Virus record (IMG/VR): IMGVR_UViG_3300024502_000010
Location: 62,001-126,000 of that record
Direction: 5' to 3' (one strand)
DNA: 64,000 nt
This document shows positions 1-11,280 of this stretch, one piece after another; within the stretch, counting starts at the first letter, position 1; every line of letters starts with the position of its first letter. The notes beneath the pieces are model-generated. The model did no database searches. It saw nothing but the letters and a program-made list of their open reading frames with translations, and was not told the DNA's origin. A program made the translations under genes and the position numbers.

Positions 1-220
1 TGGGTCCATAAACACCCTTCACTGCACTATCATTCCAGCGGTCATCAGTCCAGCAGCAAGACATATCACCACCATCAATCAAGTCAGCAACTTTCTGACG
101 AGTGTTGTAATGAGTGTTCAGGATACGACCCAACCATTCAGGATAACCATCCCAGTGGTGATACACAGAGAGAATAGAACCATTCTTAAGTTCAAGACCG
201 ATTCGTGCTCGGGTGGACAT
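1..220 (-). CDS. Hypothetical phage protein, truncated by the window edge
   Basis: ATG at 220 reads MSTRARIGLELKNGSILSVYHHWDGYPEWLGRILNTHYN... open to position 1; TATAAT at 239-244 upstream. Confidence 0.7.
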   Translation of the reverse strand, partial: MSTRARIGLELKNGSILSVYHHWDGYPEWLGRILNTHYNTRQKVADLIDGGDMSCCWTDDRWNDSAVKGVYGP

Positions 221-266
221 TTCAAGTTTGTTGCTTACATTATAGGTACACTTTAGAGGATCCAAG

Positions 267-1118
267 TTAGTAAACTGCTATGAGTTCACTTGCTTTTTTC
301 CTACTGCCGCCTTTTGCAGCAATCGTTCTAGTTACTTGAATTTGATAGATTGTAGCATTTTTGTAGAGTTCTCTTGTAATAGGAACATCGTGATTTGATA
401 CAATCACTTTGATACCTTTAGATGAAAGAGATTCTGCAAGTTGTGCTAACTGAACTTGTTGGTCAGAAGTAAATCCATCAGTCGCATAACTTGTGAAATT
501 TGCAGTATTTGATGCAGGAACATACGGTGGGTCAAAGTAGACAACATCACCTGCTTCCAAATCCTCATACAGAGATGAATCTTCAAAAGAAAGTGATGTG
601 AACCTCACCAATTGTTTGGATAAGAAATACATCCTGAAGTTCATCATTTCCTCTCTGGGAAAGTAAGCACTTTGTATTTCTTTCTCCCCAGTATCCTTAT
701 TTACAACTTCTCTACCATAAGGAACATTAAACATTCCTTTGCTATTATATCTTGATAGTCCATTAAAACAGTGCTTATTCAAATAAATGAATAACCTTGC
801 TCTCTCTGTAGTATCTGTTGCTTGATTGAAGTGCTCTCGCAACTCCAAATATACTTCTCTTGTATTATTCTCTGGCGTGAATAGTTCTTCGCAGTATTGA
901 ATGAAACTATCATCATTTGGATTTACCAAATTCTGATAGATTGCTACCAAATCCTTATTCACATCGTTGAGGATATATTGCTGTGCTGGTGTATTCAAAG
1001 CAACAGCAAGACTACCACCAAAGGGTTCACAATAACGCTTTGGATAACCAATATGGGGAATAAGATGGGGCAGAACTCTTGTTTTATTGCCAGCCCATTT
1101 AAGAAAAGTTTTGTTCAT
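267..1118 (-). CDS. dam: DNA adenine methyltransferase (Dam/D12 class)
   Basis: N-terminal LKWAGNK, SAM-binding EPFGGS, RARLFIYLN..CFNGL..YN..G.FNVPYG and catalytic DPPY motifs. Confidence 0.95.
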   Translation of the reverse strand: MNKTFLKWAGNKTRVLPHLIPHIGYPKRYCEPFGGSLAVALNTPAQQYILNDVNKDLVAIYQNLVNPNDDSFIQYCEELFTPENNTREVYLELREHFNQATDTTERARLFIYLNKHCFNGLSRYNSKGMFNVPYGREVVNKDTGEKEIQSAYFPREEMMNFRMYFLSKQLVRFTSLSFEDSSLYEDLEAGDVVYFDPPYVPASNTANFTSYATDGFTSDQQVQLAQLAESLSSKGIKVIVSNHDVPITRELYKNATIYQIQVTRTIAAKGGSRKKASELIAVY

Positions 1119-1124
1119 TGGATA

Positions 1125-1158
1125 AGTATAGCATAAAAAAGAGGGTTGTCAACCCCCC
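1125..1158 (-). promoter_or_regulatory. sigma70-like promoter overlapping a terminator-like hairpin, upstream of dam
   Basis: Minus strand TTGACA (1147-1152)-N16-TATACT (1125-1130); -35 lies within a GGG(G)TTG/CAACCC stem-loop followed by a T tract. Confidence 0.75.
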
Positions 1159-1164
1159 AGAAAC

Positions 1165-1831
1165 TCAACCACCCTTTTCTCTCAAACTTCGCACAAGATA
1201 CTCAGTAAATTGCTCCATCTTCTCAGGAACTACAGCAGCAGGGCGTTGATTGATTACATTTTTAAGTGCAGTCATTTCATTAAACTCTTCGTCTGTAAGT
1301 TTTTTATTTCCCTTTGAAGGAAGAGTCATAAGTTTTGCTCCCGTGATTATGTCCATATCCTAACACTATTTAAGGGGGTTGTGTGGTTTCTTAATATTCT
1401 CTTTGGGATTGTTTAACAGTTCTTAATCGTTGAAGAAAGAACCAAAACTACCACGACTTCCTGGTTTTCTATCTTCCAACATATCCATCAGTTCTTCGAT
1501 TTTTTTGCAGTTTTCCATATCAAGAAGAACTTGTGACAGTTGTTTTACAACTAATGGTTTTTCTGATGTAGATGCAACACGAATAGCAGCACGAAGATGT
1601 GATTCTGCTTCCAAGATATGATCTAAAGTTTGTTTACTTAGTGCCATTTAATCGGTCCTCGCATTTAGTGTAAAAAGTCCCTTCAACATAACAGGACTTA
1701 CCAGCTTCGTAGTATCTTACCACAGATGGTTTGGGTTGGTCAAGAGCACAATATCCTTGATTAGATAATGCACTTTCGGCACATAACATTAAAGCAGCGG
1801 GTGCAAGAAGTTTGATTGTATACATCAACAC
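1165..1831 (-). CDS. Three small hypothetical proteins (1165-1356, 1423-1647, 1634-1831)
   Basis: Co-oriented, closely packed ORFs from the track; no recognisable domain. Confidence 0.6.
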
Positions 1832-2391
1832 TCATCCATTCCAAGTGGTTTAGTTACTTTACGCAACTCAAAACTACCGTCCCCACGGTCAATCCACTCC
1901 ACAGTATCACCTTCCTTCAGATTTGCTGCTTCTAATAAATCATCAGGGAAACTGATAAAATATTCTGTCTCATCAGTATCAGTATCTTTACATTCTTCAA
2001 CAGGAAGTTGCCACTTTACTACTCTATCTTTTACTGGATAAAGGTCTCCATCTTCAGTTATATGGACTTTGGATTTTTCTGAGCGATTATCAATATCTTC
2101 CCAAAAATCATCCCAAGCACTTTTACACTCTGGTGAAGAGTTATCTTTATCACAACTCAAGATTTCATTTAGATAATCCTTATATTTGTTATTATCAACA
2201 CCACTATTCAAAAGTCCAAGAAGTTCATATGCTTCAGATGTTTTTTGTTTATATGTGTAGTAATTATCTTTTACTACACCAACAATTACATCATAAATCT
2301 CTTTTGGTGTTGCTTCACCAGAAGACATTGCATCATGCATCCAATTTTCAAGATTCTCAAGAGAATACTTTTTGTAATCAAAGTCAGTCAT
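1825..2391 (-). CDS. Hypothetical protein with C-terminal AbrB/SpoVT-like swapped-hairpin domain
   Basis: C-terminus ISFPDDLLEAANLKEGDTVEWIDRGDGSFELRKV fits the AbrB pattern; start reassigned to MTDFDY at 2391. Confidence 0.6.
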   Translation of the reverse strand: MTDFDYKKYSLENLENWMHDAMSSGEATPKEIYDVIVGVVKDNYYTYKQKTSEAYELLGLLNSGVDNNKYKDYLNEILSCDKDNSSPECKSAWDDFWEDIDNRSEKSKVHITEDGDLYPVKDRVVKWQLPVEECKDTDTDETEYFISFPDDLLEAANLKEGDTVEWIDRGDGSFELRKVTKPLGMDEC

Positions 2392-5300
2392 TTCTTGGTT
2401 TGTGTTTAGAGCAATCGTGGCAATAGTAAGAGAAACCATCGCGGAAGTATTTTACCACCTGATAGTGGTCTTTGTCAAGTGGTTTCACCACTCCACACTT
2501 ATCACAAATCCTTGTCTTTCTTGATAGACTTTCGAACTCGTTTGAGTTCCTTGAGTTCCATTTTAATATTTTTGTAAGCAGCGTCAGCATCTAATTTGCC
2601 TCCCATTTCCATTGCAATAATTACATCGACTCTTGTGCCAAAGTGTGCAAGAGCCTTTTCAAAATCATCGAGTTCATACATCGTTTTTATTCCAATTTTC
2701 AAGAGTCAGAATATCTATGCGTGCATCAACTGCATCAATAGAATTAGAGAGTTCATAAAAGCAATTGCTATTCTCTACACTTTCCGCTTCAAGTGCTTCA
2801 ATTCTCAATTCAAGTTCAAGTAACTTTGAATAAACATCATCTTCAACAAAAATTTCTGTTGAAGTAAAAAACCATTCAATAAATTTTCTAATCATTATCA
2901 AGAAGTCCAACAGATTTTAAGTAACGCCTATATGACATAAAACGCCCCAAAGATGGTTGTCCTGGAGCATTTAATTGGTGGCAGATTTCGCAGTAACACA
3001 ACCACTCATACCAAGGAGTAGTCTTATCAAGAACATGATAGGGATATTCTACAGCAGTTCTTTCCAAAATTGTTCTCCTTTTTGTAACGCTAATACGACA
3101 GTTGTATGCTCTCTTGCGTGTCTATCGAGGTCTTTTTCATTAAAGTAAATGTTAGACCTTTCTACAGCACAACGAAAGATATTTGCCCAAAATTGTTGAT
3201 TAGGATTCAGTCGCATTTTCATTCTTATTGAATCCAAATTTAATCTTTTCTTCTTCTAAACGAAGTTTGTGTGCAAGATTACAGACCGTTTCCATTACCT
3301 TGAGCGTGTCTTCTGTTGTGGCATTTGTAGGCATACGACTATTAACAATGCGAAACAAAGGAAAGAATTGTTCTGCTGCTTGCTGTACTTCTTCAGGCGT
3401 TAGGGGTTTATTGTTCATTTTTCAAATCAGGATGTGGTGCATAAAGAGGTCCGTTGTAATTACCAGCAAACTTTGCAAGTTCTTGAACTGCTTTTACAGT
3501 CTCTTCTGTCTCAACCCATTCCCACGAATTGCCGTTTTTATCTACAAAATTGCGAATAGTCATAGTTTTCCTCCAACAGTTGAATCATAAGTTTTATCAG
3601 GTGATTTGTCAAACTCACCGTCTTGTTTTGCTTTTAAATACCAACGAGTAGCAGTTACACATTGGTCTTCAGTTAGTGATGTGATAATCCCACCACCATC
3701 TGGATAATGTGATTGCCAAGTACCCCAACTTTTTTGCTCCACATAAAAAGCATCGTCGTCATAAAACTGTTTACTCATAATGATTCAGTTGCCTCTGTAG
3801 TTCAATTCGTGTGGAGATTAGTTTACTGTATAGAAAGTCTTGATACTGATTTCCTTTTAGTAGTTCAGTAAGATTATCAATCTGCATCATAGCAAGAATG
3901 AGTTTGGTTTTATCATCCATCGTCTTTCAGTTTTTGAAGATGTTCCATAATGACTTTGATGAAGTCTTTTTCAGTCCAGGTGTTGAGAATACTTTCCGTA
4001 GGAGAATTTTCATCCCAGGAGATATCGAAAGATCCATCTTCATTTTCAATTACCTGTATCATTTTTTAGACTTTGTAGAGCGAGTAGTGTTTCGATTGGA
4101 ATCCACGCTGGGTTTTCGTTTGCGAACTGTACTTGAACTTCCGTCACTTTTTGGTTTAGACTTTTGTTCCACACTTCTCTTGTGTTTTTTACTGGACTCA
4201 ATGGGTTTTCCATCACGATAATCAATCTTTGTTGTCTTACTATCCAGTCTATACCTTTCTAGATATTTTTGCAAGTGTTCTTCGCAAGAAAAATAACAAA
4301 CCGTAGGATTTTTCTTTTCACCAAACTCTAATCGGTATGGGTGATTCTCATGAGGAAACAGTTCAGTAGAAATCATCGTGTTCCAAACTCATAGTCCATA
4401 AGTCTACCATACTTGAAGTGGATTTTACAGCGAGGCCAGTCAGTCCATTCACCGTCCCAAGTTGGAGGATAAACCTCAACATATTTGGTAATCATACAAG
4501 GACTAATTTTTCCGTGATTGCCATTGGGAACCCACTTAAAGTTACACCACAGATGTATAGAATCATATCCTTCATCACCTTCTTTGAGTTCTACAAAGTC
4601 TGCAGTGTGGGAGAAATCAATATGATACAAATATCCGTGAGGGTCTAACCAATAGTGAGACATTGTGCCACCTATTCCGTCTTCAATATCTTTGGTGTGT
4701 AGTTCTACATTTGTGAATTGTTCTCCAAGATCATAGGAAGACCTCAAATAGTCAAACATCCCCATCACTCTTCTCCCCAAGTTTAATAGGAAATTCTTTA
4801 TCGTTTAAATCATTATACAACAGATTGGCAAAGATTTCATATGCAGGTTGTCTAGATTCAATTGCGGATGAAGTAGCAACACTCCACATAATACGCAATT
4901 CGTTTTTATCAGGTAATGTCTTCATTGGGTAACTTTTCATTTAAATCAACTTCAATATCACCAACAAGGTCATCAAGTTTATCAATCATTTCTAGGGTAA
5001 ATGGAATTGTTTTAACTTTACCAGTCTTTACATCTTCTGCCATTTGCTGCAGATGCTCAAGAAACTCCTTGGGTAAAGTATCGTCATCACCTAAACATTG
5101 CCAAAACCAAGACAAACACTCTTCATAAGGGTCGTCATACCACATCAGCGCATAGTCCTTATAGTTTCCAGAAATCAAATCACGCCAGATACGAAATGAT
5201 CCGCGAATGTTTTGCCAACCAGTAAACCAGCAGTGGTTAATGTAGTAATCGATCCAAGTCATTAGAGATAATGCGGTTTTTCAGTATCAAATTGGTAAAA

Positions 5301-8300
5301 CTTTACGTCTTTCATATCAAGACACATACGGATAGTTTCATGCTCTCTGTGCTCCCTATCTGTTCCTTTGTACATCCCTCTGCGTTGATAGGCACAACAC
5401 CAGATATTGTAGTAGATTTTAGATTTCTCGTTCATCTTCCCAAGGTGCTTTACGACTTAATAATCTAGCAATCTTTTCATTATATTCTGGTGGTTGATTG
5501 ATTGCTTCTACAAGAGCATCATATGCTTCTTCTGATACATAAATGACTGGTGGTTTTTGGTCTAACCTCAACTTGCGTTCAGGTGAAATAGTGATATTGT
5601 ATGGGTCATCATAAGGATAGATGTACTCCATATACCATCCCAAAGATAAACCTTCCCAGAACTCACTATATCCCCAATCATCCCCGTCATTATAACAATC
5701 CAGACAGTTCCAGAAGTTATGGAATCCATCAAGAAAGAGTTCCCATTTCGTTGGATTTTCAAATCTCACGGGGTTTCATCACTCCAATAGTACCTCAGTT
5801 TATCACCATCCGCAGAAATATTCAAGTGATAGATTTTATCGTCTTCAGTATACACACCAACCCATAAGGTGCGTTCATTCATACTTTCAAGATGAAACAT
5901 TTGAATGTCTTGAAGTACAATTTCGTCTGGGTTTTCAGTAAATCTACTCACTCTACTTCCTCATAAGCATCTTGAATCATCTGTGCAAGTTCCATAACTT
6001 CCAACTTCATTTCAGAAGGTGCTGTCTTTGCAATCTCATCATAGAACAAAGTAAGGGCAGTTGTCAATAGAACCAGTTGGCGTTTTGTGAAGTCCATTAT
6101 GAGAAGTTATAATGAACACGGGTGTAGAAGTCTTTGAAGCAACTTCTATTAAGGAGCTTCATCATTGCTGGAGGAATGTAGTATGAATATTCACTGAAGA
6201 AATCTTCTTTACTGAGAAATCTGAGACCATGAAGATACCAAGTGCCAAACTGCTCATGAAATGCCCTTACAGCACGATATTGCTGTGTAGTACAAGCAAC
6301 ATACTTATTGGTAGAGTTTTCAAAATCTTCTTTATGACCAGGATTTGCCTGTGTCATCATAACACACACAGTTTGACCCTCCCCTGTGCCGAAATATTCG
6401 GAAACCATATACACCCAATGCTCATCCACTGGGAATACATCACGATGATACTTCTGCTCATATTCTTTCATACAAGCATCGGCAACCAGTTGGAAGTTTT
6501 CTTTTTTCTTTGCTTGCAGTTCTTCAATTAGTTCTTCATGCTCAATCTTACGAAGTTGTTTCATTGCTTCTGAATGTTCTTCAATGAAATCAATAGCAAT
6601 CTTTAATACTTCATTCTCTTTTTCTCGTTTTGCCGCTTCTTCAAGCATTTCTTCGTGGGTCATTTCTTTGATGTGCAACTGTGTTTCTGGAGTTTGGACT
6701 TTTCCCCAAGAACTATCATCAATTGTGAGAGTTTCTTTTCCTTTATCATAAAACCTCAACTTACCATCAGTCATCGTAGATTTTCCCTAATCATTCTAAT
6801 ACACTCATTCCACTTATAACTGTTAGTTTCGTGTTCTTTCGGCAACCAATCCTTTACGATATTCACAATCTCATTTACCAGAACATCTCTGGATTGTGCG
6901 AAGTTTCCATAATCAACCCACTCTTCTAGTTTATTATAAAGAGTTGGTTTTTTATTCATAAGTTCTCGGATTTTCTGTTTGCCGTATTCTGTGAGTTCTT
7001 GTTTATTGGTGCGGAGTTGTTGGATTTCTTCATCAGTTAGTCCAATCACCCAAGGCATATCTTCATTAGTCATTGTGATACAGGTATAAAATCCAACTCA
7101 AATAGTTGGTTGTTCTCATTACAATAATAAAGTTTAGCATCCTCATCGTCAGGATAATACCAGAGTAGTTGGTTTTTGAGATTATACTTATCTGGTTGTA
7201 ATGGTTTTTTACCTCTTCTCAACTGAAAGATACCACCATCCTCCATAGCAGGATGATTGAGATTGATACCTTTTGCTCCGTCAAATCCTGCGTTTTTTGG
7301 TTTCATCGTTCATTATAAAATACAAATCCAGTTGAGGTTTTTTCGTCGTAGTAATAATACTCTTGAAACACTCCGTTTTCAAAGTGTTCAATAGGTTCAA
7401 GTTCATCACTACCCGTTGAATAGTAACAGTCTAACACAAAATCAGAATATTCACCAACAAAACCACAGAAACGGTCAGGAAACTTTGAAATACTTTTGTC
7501 TGGGAACAGTTCGTAGTATGTGTCTAATACTTCCTGTCCATATTCTTCTAGGATTTCTTCAAGTGTCATAAGGTTGCTGTGGGTCTTTTTTCCAAACTTC
7601 TTTGTAGATAATCCAAGGTTCTTCTTGGTGGGTCATTTGAGCAGACCAATGGTATCCATTCTCATCAACAGCATCCAGATAATGAATGCGTGTCTTTGGG
7701 TCAATCACTCGTGTGATAGTTTTGAATTTTACTCGTTCAGTCATTTTACTCCAAGCAAGTCCTTTTCAAAATCAGTCAAACGAGCAAGAAGTTCTTGTCG
7801 TTTTTGTTCTTTGATTTCTTCTTGTCGTTTTTCTTCTAACTTTTCATCAAGAACATCCATCATATAATCAAAACTATAACATCTCTTATCCCAATTAGTT
7901 TCACCTTGTTGATTGATGAATACTGTTTCATCAAATCCTTCTGGGTGGTACATTTCGTAGATACGAACTATATAATCACCATCTTTGTCCTCACGAATTT
8001 CAACACTTAAATCAAGTTGCTTTGCTTTGGAAAAGAGTTTGAGAAGTTCAGTTGCTTTGATAGTCATTTCAGTTCTCCATAAGAAAGTGTTTTGATTTCT
8101 TCTTTACTCAAAGGTTCTGTAGGATAATATCCAGAAGGATAATCATTCATACCAGCATCAAAGATAAACACAGGAATGTCTGCTTTTTTACAGAATTCTT
8201 TGAACTTTTCTCCATCCAATTCAAACTTACCAACATACTCAACATTTGGATACATATCCCAAGATGCTACAAGTCCTTCTGGATAATAACTCCACTCAAA

Positions 8301-8786
8301 CTCATCAAGTAATTTGATAATATCTTCTACAACTTGAATGTGTTCTGGATTAGTGTAGATGCGTCCGTATCCTTTGTAAGTGAAGGCAGTCATTTCAAAT
8401 GAGGTTCAATTTGTGTTTGAAGTTTAAGTTGTTGAAGCAAATCACGAGCAAATGTTATTTCACCATACTCAAATCCCGCATCAAAAGCATCATCATAATT
8501 TCCAGCGTCTGAAGGAGAATAATCATCACCACATTCATCATAACAATGCTTACTGTCTGCAGTTTCTTGAAGTTTGGTGAGAAGGAATTGAAGTTTTTGT
8601 GTATCAGTCATTTCAGTTCTGGTGTTGTTTGAGATGGAGTTGGATACATTCCATAACATCATCAAGTGTGGAAGCACTACCCTCATAGTAGTAATCCATA
8701 TTCATTACATCTGTGACTTTGAGTTTGTAATAAAAATCACCATCAGATGAATACTGATGAATGATGATGTCAGTTTCGTAGTGCAT
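2384..8786 (-). other. Array of about 25 co-oriented small hypothetical CDSs (e.g. 3560-3778, 4059-4376, 4373-4780, 4909-5262, 5419-5769, 6097-6774, 6771-7073, 7070-7306, 7303-7569, 7559-7744, 7741-8067, 8064-8393, 8390-8611, 8613-8786)
   Basis: Contiguous minus-strand ORFs, many with 4-bp ATGA stop/start overlaps; several ORFs under 60 aa fill the gaps; no recognisable domains. Confidence 0.75.
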
Positions 8787-8807
8787 CGGTTTGTTTGTTA
8801 TGAAGTC

Positions 8808-8866
8808 ATTATACAACCAAAAGGAGCACCTGTGGGATGCTCTTGTGCCAGTTTAGAAAGTGTCAC
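8808..8866 (-). promoter_or_regulatory. Hairpin promoter cassette 1 (palindrome + stem-loop + -10)
   Basis: TATAAT 8808-8813; GAGCA/TGCTC hairpin; 22-bp quasi-palindrome GTGCCAGTTTAGAAAGTGTCAC 8845-8866; -35 position reads CCCACA. Confidence 0.7.
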
Positions 8867-9426
8867 TTGTCGTTCCAAGTAAAGTCAAGAAGTAGCTTAG
8901 TAAAGTATCTCACAATCACATTTGGTTTCTTTTCCAGATACACTTTGATGTTTGGTTTGATGTCCCAGTATCCTACCACATCTTTACCAATTCTAAATTC
9001 TGTAGTCCAATCTACAGCACTGCTCACACCAAGAGTAGAACAATCTAAATTACCTACTGTAAGTCTGACTGGGAATTGTCCGTGTTCCTTCGCATACTTA
9101 AAGTTCTCAATAATTCTATTGAACTTTTGATTGTAGTAATACTCTTGATGACATTTGAGTTCAGCAAACTTATGCTTGATACTCTCAATATGTTTATCAA
9201 TCTTCTCATCAAACTCTTGTGAGATTTCTTCTAATGACTTGCGTGGTAGTTCAAATTTGATTTCTTGTGCTTCGTTTGGAATTGTGAAGTATTCTTTGAG
9301 GAGTTCATACTTTTCGTGGTCTTCTTCAGCATAAGAATACAAATTCATACACTCAAAGACATTCTTTACATCTGTGAGTGTTTTGATTTTACTTACATCT
9401 AATTTATGGTTTAATGGTTCAATCAT
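8863..9426 (-). CDS. Hypothetical protein
   Basis: 187-aa ORF coupled to 9423-9731. Confidence 0.7.
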   Translation of the reverse strand: MIEPLNHKLDVSKIKTLTDVKNVFECMNLYSYAEEDHEKYELLKEYFTIPNEAQEIKFELPRKSLEEISQEFDEKIDKHIESIKHKFAELKCHQEYYYNQKFNRIIENFKYAKEHGQFPVRLTVGNLDCSTLGVSSAVDWTTEFRIGKDVVGYWDIKPNIKVYLEKKPNVIVRYFTKLLLDFTWNDK

Positions 9427-9731
9427 TTCAACCTCAACTTCAACTTCTCAACACAATCATTCCAACCACAAGCATATCTATCATCACCACCATCTTCATC
9501 AGGCAACCATCTTTCAACAATATCACAAATAACTTCTCTATTTACAAACTCCAATTGTTCTTTACAGAACATCTCATAAAGTGTTTGTGGTTTTGGTTCT
9601 TCTACTTTTTGATACTTCACACCATCAATCATTATGGTTTCTTCATCAAGTTTTTGATAAACTCTCATAGTATAATCCACAGCACATCTTCCGTATTTTT
9701 TTCTTTCTACGATGATTTCTGGTTCAGTCAT
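9423..9731 (-). CDS. Hypothetical protein (WLP...GWNDC family)
   Basis: 102-aa ORF; C-terminal motif shared with 9733-10308 and 6771-7073. Confidence 0.7.
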   Translation of the reverse strand: MTEPEIIVERKKYGRCAVDYTMRVYQKLDEETIMIDGVKYQKVEEPKPQTLYEMFCKEQLEFVNREVICDIVERWLPDEDGGDDRYACGWNDCVEKLKLRLK

Positions 9732-9732
9732 T

Positions 9733-10308
9733 TCAGTTTTTCCTCTTGATTTCGTTCAAACAATCATTCCATCCTTGATTATATCCCATCTCATCTTCTT
9801 CATATTCTAACTCATCAGGCAACCATTCTTCACCCACATAAGTATAATTTCCCTTTCGCACCTCATTAAACCAAAGTCCTTCAAGCAGACGACGAGTTTC
9901 ACCATCAGTAATACGAACCAGCATCATACCATCAGCAGGTTTCTTTTTCTTATACCAAATAACATCAGTTGGATATTCCAGACGATAATAATTCTCACCA
10001 TTATAAGAGACAACCTCATACTTCCCAGAGTTTTCAAGATACATTCTTGGTTGAGATTTATGTGTCTCAATCTCTTTGAGGAGTTCAAGTTTCTTTTGAA
10101 GCACTTTGATTTCTGCTTCTGTTTTTTCAATATCAGATTTGAAAGTCATAGATTTAAAATAAGGAGTAGCATCCATCACACCATCTTTGATTGCTTGTCT
10201 AAAAGCATCACGAAGTCCATTTGCGACTTCTTCGGGGTGTTGCTTCCTTGGTTCCCAGTTTGTTGATTGTCCTTCGTTGATTTCAGTTGGTTTCCAATCG
10301 TTATTCAT
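9733..10308 (-). CDS. Hypothetical protein (WLP...GWNDC family)
   Basis: 191-aa ORF directly downstream of the promoter at 10331. Confidence 0.7.
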   Translation of the reverse strand: MNNDWKPTEINEGQSTNWEPRKQHPEEVANGLRDAFRQAIKDGVMDATPYFKSMTFKSDIEKTEAEIKVLQKKLELLKEIETHKSQPRMYLENSGKYEVVSYNGENYYRLEYPTDVIWYKKKKPADGMMLVRITDGETRRLLEGLWFNEVRKGNYTYVGEEWLPDELEYEEDEMGYNQGWNDCLNEIKRKN

Positions 10309-10330
10309 TTAAGTGATTACTCATAAGGTC

Positions 10331-10389
10331 AGTATACAACAAAAAAGGTGCCCTGTAAAGGCACCTTGTTCCAGTTTGTAAAGTGTCCT
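10331..10389 (-). promoter_or_regulatory. Hairpin promoter cassette 2
   Basis: TTTACA (10354-10359)-N17-TATACT (10331-10336); -35 in the loop of an AAGGTGCC/GGCACCTT hairpin with T tract; palindrome GTTCCAGTTTGTAAAGTGTCCT 10368-10389. Confidence 0.8.
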
Positions 10390-11174
10390 TATACCACTCT
10401 CACTCGTTTAGTGATGTCTATTCCATTTTTCTTTTGATAATTTGAAAGAGCACCTGCGTTTGTGATAAATCCAGTTTCAAGACACATCCATCTTTGAGAA
10501 CTTGTTTTTTTACCTCCTATTTTTCCACCTCTTCTTCCATTTTCCGTCATTTTTTCTTTGCTTTGTCCGTGTATTCCAATTCCAAGTTCATATGTTCTAT
10601 TTCCACACTTTCTACCATTTTCAACCATCTGGTCTTTGGTTCTTCCGTGTATTCCTATTTTAAGTTCGTATGATTTTTTTCCTCCTTGTTTCCCATCTTC
10701 ACTCATCTGTTCTTTTGTTCTTCCGTGAACTCCAACACCAAGTTGATATACTCTTTCACCTCCTTTTTTTCCATAAATTTTACCAGTTCTTTTAGCATTT
10801 TCACTTCTTTGCTCTTTGGTTAGTGAATGAACTCCTAAACCAAGTTCATAACATTTATTTCCACTTTCACGCAAAACTTTTAGAGATACTTTACCACCAC
10901 AACTTTCATTTAGACACCATTTATCTGTATTAAAAAATGGTTTTATCAATCTTTCTTCAATTTCTTGTGCTTTCAACCAACCTTCATCCGTATAATCAAA
11001 AAATTGAAGTATTTGTTTCTTTGGTGTATAAAGTTCCCAACACCACTTGTTTGTTGTAGGAGAACCCCAGTATTCTTCGTTGAAGTATTTTTCCTTATGA
11101 ACTCCATAATAGTAATATGGAACTTCTTCAAAGGTAATTTTGTATATGTAAATTCTTGGACTTTGGTAAGTCAT
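10389..11174 (-). mobile_element. Free-standing GIY-YIG-like (Seg-type) homing endonuclease with repeated C-terminal modules
   Basis: N-terminal YIYKITF...YYYYG, conserved E (EIEERLI) and LN; four ~25-aa G-x-x-YELGIGIHGRTKEQM-like repeats; late promoter upstream. Confidence 0.75.
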
Positions 11175-11181
11175 CGTTATT

Positions 11182-11278
11182 CTACAGAAACCGCATTAGT
11201 ATTTATAATAGAAAAGGTGCCCGAAAGCACCTAATCTGTCCGTAGAGAATTGCGGTTTCTATAGACATTTTATTTATA
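11182..11278 (-). promoter_or_regulatory. Two T4-type late promoters, a 14-bp inverted repeat and a UUCG terminator upstream of the homing endonuclease
   Basis: TATAAATA at 11200-11207 and 11271-11278; arms 11182-11195 and 11251-11264; minus-strand AGGTGCT-TTCG-GGCACCT-TTT hairpin at about 11212-11232. Confidence 0.75.
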
Positions 11279-11280
11279 AG

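Noticed and set aside
270-289. Palindrome GTAAACT-N6-AGTTCAC at the dam 3' end as a fifth operator
   Set aside because: Different core and spacing from the four copies, and it lies in coding sequence
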